A program made the position numbers and the translations under genes. The notes under the pieces are model-generated. The model saw nothing but the letters and a program-made list of their open reading frames with translations. It ran no database searches and was not told where the DNA came from. DNA of 31,130 nucleotides from an uncultured Nitrospiraceae bacterium (GTDB taxonomy: Bacteria > Nitrospirota > Thermodesulfovibrionia > Thermodesulfovibrionales > Dissulfurispiraceae). The stretch lies in the NCBI GenBank assembly GCA_947085205.1, contig CAMTVO010000054.1:1-31130 (forward strand). The letters run 5' to 3'. Below are positions 1-6,942 of this stretch, one piece after another; within the stretch, counting starts at the first letter, position 1, and each line of letters opens with the position of its first letter.

Positions 1-201
1 CTCTAAAGGAATTGAGTGGACATCTTCGGGCTTCTCTTTTTTTAGATAATTTATCTTCTCAAAGCCGATTATCTCTCCGCTTTCATCTTTCTTAACAATA
101 ACGCCGTTTCCCAATTCCTCGTTGATACAAGGTCTGGGTTTTTCAAACCATACATCAAGGGTGTTGCCGACTTTATCATATGTAATTGTTATCTTTTCCA
201 T
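1..201 (-). CDS. DUF2283-family small protein (putative antitoxin), 3' end outside window
   Basis: Not in ORF track. Hand translation from ATG at 201: MEKITITYDKVGNTLDVWFEKPRPCINEELGNGVIVKKDESGEIIGFEKINYL..., typical DUF2283 pattern (YD...tL.v.F ... D..GeiiG.E); overlaps the upstream partner's stop. Confidence 0.8.
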   Translation of the reverse strand, partial: MEKITITYDKVGNTLDVWFEKPRPCINEELGNGVIVKKDESGEIIGFEKINYLKKEKPEDVHSIPLE

Positions 202-497
202 ACCGTCTCTCCCTCCTTTATCTTGTCAGTTATATATGCTGTTATTATAAACCCTTCTCCGTTCAAATGTCTTGCTACAACGCAGATGAAATATTCCCCA
301 TAAGGATGATAATACAGATAGACATCATTGTCTTCAGAGCTTTTTCTTATCTCAATCGGATTTGACAAGCACTGTTTTACCTCTTCTTCTTTCCCCTCAA
401 TTTCAGGATGTTTTAGTTTCGAGATAAGTTCCCAGTGACTCTGAGTTGTTCTTATAATTTGACCTGATTGAGTCTTTACTTCAAAATAAATATCCAT
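189..497 (-). CDS. DUF4258-like / RelE-BrnT-fold putative toxin
   Basis: 102 aa, W..I...KHPE motif and C-terminal GFIITAY; coupled to the DUF2283 gene as in known two-gene pairs. Confidence 0.7.
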   Translation of the reverse strand: MDIYFEVKTQSGQIIRTTQSHWELISKLKHPEIEGKEEEVKQCLSNPIEIRKSSEDNDVYLYYHPYGEYFICVVARHLNGEGFIITAYITDKIKEGETVWKR

Positions 498-502
498 TTC
501 TC

Positions 503-664
503 TTATATCTCCACTTCCACCGTAATACTCGTGTCACACCCGAATATATCTACCTCGCGCCGGTTGCCATACTCATCATACTTCCCCTCCCACACAAGCT
601 CCGTCTTCCTTGTGCTTAACGGATGCGGGTTATCGGGGCCATATATGGGCTTTTCCTTCGCCAT
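503..664 (-). pseudogene. Internally deleted type III R-M Mod-like DNA methyltransferase (N-terminus fused to C-terminus, 53 aa)
   Basis: MAKEKPIYGPDNPHPLSTRKTELVWEGKYDEYGNRREVDI|FGCDTSITVEVEI*, AGGAGG SD upstream. ELVWEGK is the Mod-family N-terminal motif and (V)DIFG.DT...VEV the C-terminal motif; no DPPY/F catalytic motif is left. Confidence 0.75.
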
Positions 665-793
665 CAAAACCCTCCTGCAATTTCTGCCTTGCTTATTTTA
701 TAGATTTATACGCTAATCAGCAAGAAATAAAAAATCGCTTCGCTCCCGTTAATTTTCAGAAAGGTGGATATAGGATAGGTTCAAAACTATTTA

Positions 794-925
794 GAGTCTG
801 TCTATAAAGTAAGTGTTTGTCATCCTCCGGCTTGACCGAGGGATCCAGAAAGCCTTGAAAACACTGGATTCCCGCTTAATGACTGCGGGAATGACAGGTA
901 AAAAGCAGAGTTTATGGACAGACAC
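794..925. mobile_element. 132-bp miniature inverted-repeat element containing two inverted REP-like palindromes
   Basis: TIRs GAGTCTGTCTATAAA (794-808) / TTTATGGACAGACAC (911-925), 13/15 match; TATTTA direct repeat on both flanks (788-793, 926-931); internal TGTCAT...GGATCCAG (818-848) and CTGGATTCCCGC...GCGGGAATGACA (864-896). Confidence 0.8.
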
Positions 926-1001
926 TATTTAGATATTTCTTGCGTGCTTTGAGTCTGTTTAGCTTCTTGTTTTTTAGCTAACTGAATAAAGTTGATAGGA
1001 T

Positions 1002-1145
1002 TCAGATGAAGATGAATTTACTTTCTGTATCGTCTTTGTAATATGCCTGAAGTTTTGTCCACTCTTTTGGCTGCGAGGTCTGTATAAATGATAAAACTGC
1101 TTTTTTATCAAAAGATAAGTCCCGGCTGAAATCCGAGTCTTTGCC
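1002..1145 (-). pseudogene. hsdR: Type I R-M HsdR N-terminal fragment
   Basis: Alternative frame to the 974..1210 ORF reads GKDSDFSRDLSFDKKAVLSFIQTSQPKEWTKLQAYYKDDTESKFI, matching the HsdR N-terminal pattern (l.FIq.tQPkeW.kL); no start codon. Confidence 0.7.
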
Positions 1146-1210
1146 CAATGCTCCGGAATCTCTCCCATCCACTCAATTCCCGAAGGCTTATGTTTTTCGT
1201 AACGCTTCAT
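1145..1210 (-). pseudogene. hsdS: Type I R-M HsdS, first 22 codons only
   Basis: MKRYEKHKPSGIEWMGEIPEHW is the classic HsdS N-terminal conserved motif; similarity stops abruptly after W22. ATGA overlap with the hsdM tail. Confidence 0.85.
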
Positions 1211-1799
1211 TTAATCACCTCTTTAATCATCCCAACGGAGGTCCGCATCAGGCACGGGACTACCCTTTCGGTCTTTCTCAATGTTGCCTTGTGCATCCCG
1301 TTTAGGCCGCTCAACAGTTATCCGCCTGTATCCGAAATCATCGTTGTCAAATATCTTGCAGTATGGGCTTTCCTTGAAGTCATTGTATATTTCAGTGATG
1401 AGCTTAATGGCTTCATCGTGTATCTCCTTTCTCTTGTTGCCGAGACTGCGAAGCATCTTGCTGTAAAATGGATTATCTTTATCATCCGTATCAGCGCCGC
1501 CAGCGTTAATAAGCTGCACCTTCCCCCTCCGTTCCTTGTTTTTGCGGTCAGTAACAATCCAGATATACGTTGAAATCCCGGTATTGTAAAACAACTGGTC
1601 CGGCATGGCAATGATAGCTTCAAGCATATCGTTTTCGATAATCCATCTTCTTAGTCGGCTGTAAAACAGAGTCCAGTCGCCTTAAACCCGTGAACGGCAA
1701 AATCACCTTGCCATAATCGGCCTGCTTGTAATGCCCTCGTAATAGGTCTGCGATCGACCAGATGAAATTTGCTTTTTCCCTGAAGTTGTTTGCTCCCAT
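1207..1799 (-). pseudogene. hsdM: Type I R-M HsdM remnant in three pieces
   Basis: Piece 1 (ATG 1799): [50 protein letters not shown]. Piece 2 (other frame, ~1652-1235): [31 protein letters not shown]...FGYRRITVERP...PDADLR. Piece 3: VGMIKEVIK* ending at 1207. SAM-binding and NPPF motifs are absent. Confidence 0.88.
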
Positions 1800-1812
1800 A
1801 TATTTTTGTTTT

Positions 1813-3021
1813 CTACGCCCCGAACTTCTTCAGCCTTAACGCATTCGCGAGCGCAAGGGGCATTAGATTTACCGTCGGGAAGATGCCGAGTTCTCCTTTT
1901 GTGCATTCGCGTTCCGAAAATACCGAACACAACCCGCCGAGCACATAAGGCGATTTTATAAGCACAGGCACTGGATGCCAGCTATGACTCTTCAATAATG
2001 CAGGGGTCGAGTGGTCGCCTGTTATTACGAGGACATCAGGCTTTAAATCGAGTATCTGGGGCAGGAGCTTATCGAACTCCTCAATCCTTGCGGCTTTGCC
2101 CTCAAAATTGCCGTCTTCGCCGTATGAATCGATTTTTTTAACATGCACAAAGAAAAAGTCATAATCGTTGTATTTCTGTTTTAAAAAAATTATTTCATCT
2201 TCGACAGTTCCCTCCAGTGTAGGTGTATCCATGTGCACAAGTCTTGCAAGTCCGCGGTACATCGGATAATTGGCGATAGCAAGCGCCTTTAGTCCAAAGG
2301 CATCTTCAAATGTCAAAATGTGCGGCATTACGGCAAATCCCCTCGTGAGAATAAAATTAGCTTTTTCCTCATTTTTTAATATTTCACGCGCCTTGCCGAT
2401 TATTTTTTCCGCGACCTTCGATACTTTCTCCGCGCTCTTTGAAAGAGGAGTCAGAGGAATCGGAGCCTTTCCTTCTTTCTGAGGGTCGGTATCGGGAATC
2501 ATTGCCGCATCATGTTCGAGCGCGGACGGAAATCTCATCCTCACAGCAAAACGGTGCTCCATTCCCGGCGCAAAGATTATCTCAGCGTCGTCAATTTTTT
2601 TTATCTCCGCCTGCAATTTTTCTGTGAGTTTTTTAGTCTGTTCTGTAGGCATCCTTCCTGCCCTTCTGTCAACAATAATTCCGTCCTTTATTGTCGCGTA
2701 ATTGCATCTTACAGCCACATCGGTATTTTTTATCTCAACGCCGAGGCCGAGAGCCTCAAGTATTCCCCTTCCTATCTGGCATTCGATAGGGTCGTATCCG
2801 AAAAGGCCTAAATGCCCGGGCCCGCTGCCGGGAGTAATGCCATAAGCAACAGGGACATGAAGCCCGCACGCGGATTCCCTTGCGAGGGCGTCGAGGTTAG
2901 GCGTATCGGCAGCCTCAAGCTCGGTCTTGCCGTTAATCGGAAGCCCGCCGAGCCCGTCGAGGACAACGAGAATTATCTTTGTATCGTTTTTCTGGACCAA
3001 AGGTTTTATCAGTTTTTGCAT
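1813..3021 (-). CDS. apgM: 2,3-bisphosphoglycerate-independent phosphoglycerate mutase (ApgM type)
   Basis: [50 protein letters not shown] motifs; start placed at MQKLIK with AGGAGA SD. Confidence 0.92.
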   Translation of the reverse strand: MQKLIKPLVQKNDTKIILVVLDGLGGLPINGKTELEAADTPNLDALARESACGLHVPVAYGITPGSGPGHLGLFGYDPIECQIGRGILEALGLGVEIKNTDVAVRCNYATIKDGIIVDRRAGRMPTEQTKKLTEKLQAEIKKIDDAEIIFAPGMEHRFAVRMRFPSALEHDAAMIPDTDPQKEGKAPIPLTPLSKSAEKVSKVAEKIIGKAREILKNEEKANFILTRGFAVMPHILTFEDAFGLKALAIANYPMYRGLARLVHMDTPTLEGTVEDEIIFLKQKYNDYDFFFVHVKKIDSYGEDGNFEGKAARIEEFDKLLPQILDLKPDVLVITGDHSTPALLKSHSWHPVPVLIKSPYVLGGLCSVFSERECTKGELGIFPTVNLMPLALANALRLKKFGA

Positions 3022-3124
3022 TGCAGTCTCCTTAAAACATAGGATGTAAAAATGATAATGCAAGAATACGGCTTTTAGCAACTGCATTATAAAGACAAGG
3101 TATTAGCCTTATGCGAGGTTAAAC

Positions 3125-3154
3125 TTGACGATTAAAGAAGATTTTTTGTATTGT
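3125..3154 (+). promoter_or_regulatory. Putative sigma70 promoter of tRNA-Lys
   Basis: TTGACG-18 nt-TATTGT upstream of the tRNA. Confidence 0.5.
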
Positions 3155-3171
3155 AGTTGTCTGATTTATGT

Positions 3172-3247
<76 letters not shown>

Positions 3248-3298
3248 AGTATTATCAAGGCGTTCCGCAGCTTTCATCCAATTATGGGCATCGGGAAT

Positions 3299-3598
3299 CT
3301 ATTGCCTCTGTTTTTTGAATGCCTTTAAATCATCCGGCTCAAAGACTATATTCTTGCCGATTCTCCTATGTTTCAGGATACCATCCCTTACCCATCTTCT
3401 AACCGTTATCTCTGCAACTCCAAGATATTCGGAGGTCTCCTTGATGGTAAAAGGGTGCTGTCTTATATCGCTGAACACTTCGGCATGGGTGTAATGCTCT
3501 TTGTCAAAGCCAAGCCTTGCAATGATAGAAAAGAGTTTTTCCCTTTCTATTATCGGCATGTTAATAATTTCTTTATAGACCCTTTCCGCTGTTGCCAT
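3299..3598 (-). CDS. Excisionase-type (HTH_17/MerR-like) DNA-binding protein, putative antitoxin
   Basis: C-terminal FTIKETSEYLGVAEITVRRWVRDGILKHRRIGKNIVF; GGAGG SD; 2 bp downstream of the toxin gene. Confidence 0.8.
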   Translation of the reverse strand: MATAERVYKEIINMPIIEREKLFSIIARLGFDKEHYTHAEVFSDIRQHPFTIKETSEYLGVAEITVRRWVRDGILKHRRIGKNIVFEPDDLKAFKKQRQ

Positions 3599-3600
3599 AG

Positions 3601-3885
3601 CTATTCAACCTCCCTTAGATACTGTTTAAGGTTACGATAGAAATTTTCATGGGTTTCTATCATGTAAAATATTATGCCCTTGCTCTCTGTTTTATATGCC
3701 ATTAAATATTCCTGCTTCTGAAACTTAAATTTATGCACCCTGAATCCTGTTAAATCGCCTTTTTTGGCCTCTCCAACATCAGGAGTATCTATAACAATTT
3801 CAGTCTCATCTTCGATCGCCATCTGAAAAGCTCTGGATTGCTTTTTAACAAACTTTTTAAACGGCGATTTATATAAAATATCCAT
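3601..3885 (-). CDS. RelE/ParE-family toxin
   Basis: 94 aa: FKKFVKK, P.VGEAKKGDLTGFRVHKF, HENFYRNLK motifs typical of the ParE-like/RelE family. Confidence 0.85.
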   Translation of the reverse strand: MDILYKSPFKKFVKKQSRAFQMAIEDETEIVIDTPDVGEAKKGDLTGFRVHKFKFQKQEYLMAYKTESKGIIFYMIETHENFYRNLKQYLREVE

Positions 3886-3886
3886 G

Positions 3887-3924
3887 ATTATCTTAATGAT
3901 AATTTATCTTATCACAATTGTCAA
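3887..3924 (-). promoter_or_regulatory. Sigma70 promoter of the TA operon with overlapping palindromic operator
   Basis: Minus-strand TTGACA (3924-3919)-17 nt-TATCAT (3901-3896); inverted repeat ATTATC-TTAAT-GATAAT (3887-3903) and direct repeat TTATCTTA (3888, 3904). Confidence 0.7.
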
Positions 3925-3958
3925 TAAAAAACCCTGCCTAATATACCTACAAGTCGGT

Positions 3959-3990
3959 GGTCGCAGGTTCGAATCCTGCACGGCTCATCA
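3959..3990 (+). repeat. Variant copy of tRNA-Lys 3' end (att-like site)
   Basis: GGTCGCAGGTTCGAATCCTGCACGGCTCATCA vs 3216-3247 GGTCGCTGGTTCGAATCCAGCACGGCTCACCA: 29/32 identical. Confidence 0.85.
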
Positions 3991-3993
3991 GAA

Positions 3994-4719
3994 TTAAACC
4001 CCTCTCTCCAATCTTTCTATAAGCGGTAGCGGCAAGCCGTACATTCTCATCTTGTCCTGAGTCTTTTCGATGTCGTATTCAACTCGCTGGAGTTTAACCG
4101 AGCCGTCGTCAATGACCGCATAGCATGCCCTCGGGTCCCCGTCTCTCGGCTGGCCAACACTGCCTGCATTAATAATGTATCTCTCTGTTTCACCGATTTT
4201 TGCCTCGCCCCTGTATGTGAGCATTTCGCCTGAAGGAAGTCTCTCGATAATGAACGGCTGATGGCTGTGGCCTAAGAGGCATATCTTGTTGCCGAAGTAG
4301 TGGAAATTAATTTCAGCATCCCATAGTGTTAAAAGGTAGTGCCACTGCTTTGGTTCTTTTGGTGTGGAATGTACGATAAATATTTTTTTGTCTTCTATTT
4401 CTTTTGATATTGGAAGGCCTTTTAGGATGGAGGCATTCTCCTTCTTCATTGTCTCCCTTGTCCATAAAACAGCAGCCCTTGCGTATGGATTGAAGTATTC
4501 AATATCTGTCAATCCTAATACTGCCCCGTCGTGATTTCCTGCGAGGAGTATTTTGCATTCGGAATTCAAGACCTCCACACATTCATCAGGGTCAGGGCCG
4601 TAGCCGACTGCATCGCCTAAAAACAGTATGTCTGGTATCTTTTTCTTTTTGATATCTTTTAAGACAGCTTTAAGGGCTTCTAAATTTCCGTGGACATCCG
4701 ATATTACGGCATATCTCAT
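3994..4719 (-). CDS. Calcineurin-like metallophosphoesterase
   Basis: SDVHGN, LGDAVGYGP, GNHD, GHSH, NAGSVGQPRDGDPRA motifs. Confidence 0.92.
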   Translation of the reverse strand: MRYAVISDVHGNLEALKAVLKDIKKKKIPDILFLGDAVGYGPDPDECVEVLNSECKILLAGNHDGAVLGLTDIEYFNPYARAAVLWTRETMKKENASILKGLPISKEIEDKKIFIVHSTPKEPKQWHYLLTLWDAEINFHYFGNKICLLGHSHQPFIIERLPSGEMLTYRGEAKIGETERYIINAGSVGQPRDGDPRACYAVIDDGSVKLQRVEYDIEKTQDKMRMYGLPLPLIERLERGV

Positions 4720-5153
4720 TTCCGGCAGTATTCTTTTGCTATCTTGTCCAGAATGCCGTTGATAAAGGCTGCTGATTCTGATGTGGAATACTTCTTTGCA
4801 ATCTCAATCGCTTCGTTGATTGTCACAGCGTCGGGAATGTCATTACGGAACAAAAGCTCATACACGGCGGATCTCAGGATATTCCTGTCAATGCTCGCCA
4901 TCCTCGAAATCTTCCACTTCTCTGCAACTTTTTGAATAAGGGGGTCTATCTCTTTAAGGTTTTTGATTGTTCCTGAAATTATGTCTTCTGCAAAGGCCTT
5001 TGTGTCTGGGTCTTTTTCATCCGTATCAGACCAGAAGAGTTCGAGGTTGTCCCTAAGTCCTGAGTTTTGAGTTTTGAGTTTGGAGTTTTGAGTTATGAAA
5101 TCAATTCTGTATAGAAATTGTAATGTATATTCCCTCGCCTTCCTCCTCTTCAT
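4716..5153 (-). CDS. nusB: Transcription antitermination factor NusB
   Basis: RRKARE, W...RM..IDRNILR, INEAIEIAKKY, FINGILD; follows ribH as usual. Confidence 0.95.
   Translation of the reverse strand: MKRRKAREYTLQFLYRIDFITQNSKLKTQNSGLRDNLELFWSDTDEKDPDTKAFAEDIISGTIKNLKEIDPLIQKVAEKWKISRMASIDRNILRSAVYELLFRNDIPDAVTINEAIEIAKKYSTSESAAFINGILDKIAKEYCRK
5054..5095. repeat. Heptamer tandem repeat (TGAGTTT-like x6) inside nusB
   Basis: TAAGTCC TGAGTTT TGAGTTT TGAGTTT GGAGTTT TGAGTTA; encodes TQNSKLKTQNSGL. Confidence 0.85.
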
Positions 5154-5157
5154 AATG

Positions 5158-5256
5158 CAGTGAACAGTGAACAGTGAACAGTGAACAGAAAAAGGCTATG
5201 CAAAAAAAATATTACTGTTCTGTGTGCAGTTTTTTTACTCTTAACTCTTAACTCTA
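5158..5256. repeat. Heptamer repeats in ribH-nusB spacer
   Basis: (CAGTGAA)x4 at 5158-5185 and ACTCTTA x2 plus ACTCTA at 5237-5256. Confidence 0.85.
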
Positions 5257-5259
5257 ACC

Positions 5260-5721
5260 TCATAACTTCTTTAAGACCTGTGCCATTTCTATGGCTGTAA
5301 TAGCCGCATCCCATCCCTTGTTGCCTGCCTTTGAGCCAGCTCTTTCTACTGCCTGCTCGATAGTGTCTGATGTTATTACGCCAAAGGCTATTGGAACTCC
5401 TGTTTCGAGGGATGCGCCTGCAATGCCTTTCGACACCTCTGCCGCTACATAATCAAAATGAGGAGTTGCGCCCCTTATAACTGTTCCGAGACATATAACT
5501 GCATTGTATACGCCTTTTGACGCCATCTTTTTTGCAACGAGAGGGATTTCGAATGAGCCGGGAACCTTTACCACTTCTATATCGTCTTCCTTTGCGCCGT
5601 GCCTTACAAGGGCGTCTATCGCTCCGTCAAGAAGCCTTGATGTTATAAAGTCATTAAACCTGCTCACAACAATACCGAATTTAAGACCCTTTGCCTGAAG
5701 CTCTCCTTCTATGATTTTCAT
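5260..5721 (-). CDS. ribH: 6,7-dimethyl-8-ribityllumazine synthase
   Basis: [30 protein letters not shown] motifs; GGAGG SD. Confidence 0.97.
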   Translation of the reverse strand: MKIIEGELQAKGLKFGIVVSRFNDFITSRLLDGAIDALVRHGAKEDDIEVVKVPGSFEIPLVAKKMASKGVYNAVICLGTVIRGATPHFDYVAAEVSKGIAGASLETGVPIAFGVITSDTIEQAVERAGSKAGNKGWDAAITAIEMAQVLKKL

Positions 5722-5814
5722 GGGAATTCCTCCAAATAAAAAATTTATGCATATTTTATCACATTATGGCAGGTAGATGTGCCGAAAAAGCTTCAACAGC
5801 GATACCTTGAAGAT

Positions 5815-6942
5815 TTATGGATAAAACAACTCGAATCTCCTTGTCCTGATGCTTATCAATATGCCTGCCGCTATGAAATTACTTAAGAGCGCGGTGCCGC
5901 CGTAGCTTACAAAAGGCAGCGGCACTCCGACAACAGGCATTATTCCGAGGGTCATGCCTGTATTCACGCAGAAATATACGAAAAACATTGCAGTTATACC
6001 TAATGCCACTAATCTCCCGAATTCGTCTTTTGCCTTCATGGCTGTGTCGAGTCCTCTTAAAAAGAGCATCATATAAACACCTAAAAGCATAATGCTTCCC
6101 ATAAATCCCCACTCCTCTGCAAAGACAGAAAATATGAAATCCGTATGCTTTTCAGGCAAAAATCTCAAAGGCCCTTGAGTTCCGTGCAGATAGCCTTTGC
6201 CCAAAAAACCTCCGGAGCCAATCGATATTTTGGATTGATTGATGTGATAGCCTATGCCTGCAGGGTCAACATCGGTATCGATAAAAGCGATGAGGCGGTT
6301 CTTCTGGTAGTCCTTAAGCCCATCCCAAAAGATATGTCCTAAAAAGGGTATGGAAATGAGTCCGATAATAATGATTACTGTTAGAATCTTTCTGCTTATT
6401 CCTTTTGAGACAGAGAGGGCTATGAATAAGGACATGAGAAGAATGGCAGTGCCGAGGTCAGGCTGCTTAATCAATAATGTCAGGGGCAGTATGGCAAACA
6501 CTAATATGCTTTTTATGGACATCTTATCCATGAGGTTTCTGCCCATATTGGTCAGATATGAAGAGAAGCCGATTATAAAGAATAGCCTGAAGAACTCTGA
6601 GGGCTGAAACGACAATGGGCCTATACTGAGCCACCTCTGGGCGCCCATGGTCGTTTTTCCTCCGAAAAGCACTATTATCAGAAGGAGCAGTCCCAATCCA
6701 TACAGGGGATACGAAACCCTGTGAAGCCATCTGTAGTCGAAAGATACCGCGGCAAACAGAAATCCTATGCTTATCAGAAGCCATAATATCTGCTTCAAAT
6801 AAAAGTCAGGATGCTCACCGGTTCCAAGGGGAGGTCTTGTTGCGCTGTAAATTGTCATTATCCCTATAAGGGACAGGGCTGCTATCAATGAAAGCGTTAT
6901 CCAGTCGAAATTCTTGATTAATCTTCTGTCAATTTTGAGCAT
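5815..6942 (-). CDS. rodA: Rod shape-determining protein RodA (SEDS)
   Basis: GAQRW, QPSEF, QPDLGT, LPEKHTDFIF, LPFVSYGG; downstream of mrdA. Confidence 0.95.
   Translation of the reverse strand: MLKIDRRLIKNFDWITLSLIAALSLIGIMTIYSATRPPLGTGEHPDFYLKQILWLLISIGFLFAAVSFDYRWLHRVSYPLYGLGLLLLIIVLFGGKTTMGAQRWLSIGPLSFQPSEFFRLFFIIGFSSYLTNMGRNLMDKMSIKSILVFAILPLTLLIKQPDLGTAILLMSLFIALSVSKGISRKILTVIIIIGLISIPFLGHIFWDGLKDYQKNRLIAFIDTDVDPAGIGYHINQSKISIGSGGFLGKGYLHGTQGPLRFLPEKHTDFIFSVFAEEWGFMGSIMLLGVYMMLFLRGLDTAMKAKDEFGRLVALGITAMFFVYFCVNTGMTLGIMPVVGVPLPFVSYGGTALLSNFIAAGILISIRTRRFELFYP

Larger units (their letters stand above)
3248..3990. mobile_element. tRNA-Lys-anchored minimal islet without integrase
   Basis: Bounded by the tRNA and a direct-orientation copy of its 3' 32 nt; carries only a two-gene module. 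Confidence 0.65.

Noticed and set aside
468..807. Plus-strand ORFs 468..716 and 610..807
   Set aside because: Antisense to the Mod remnant and its upstream region; no recognisable features.
974..1799. Functional type I R-M, hsdS shufflon or programmed frameshifting
   Set aside because: Catalytic motifs and TRDs are physically absent; no recombinase or inverted hsdS copies in the window.
3022..3087. Longer apgM start
   Set aside because: No family-like sequence; the SD lies before the ATG at 3021.
3940..3990. Second complete tRNA
   Set aside because: No acceptor 5' strand, D-arm or anticodon arm; ends in TCA.
5158..5188. CAGTGAA repeats as a CRISPR array
   Set aside because: 7-bp contiguous units with no spacers and no cas genes; no CRISPR array seen anywhere in the window.
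5722..5814. FMN riboswitch upstream of ribH
   Set aside because: 93-bp gap is too short and lacks RFN conserved motifs.
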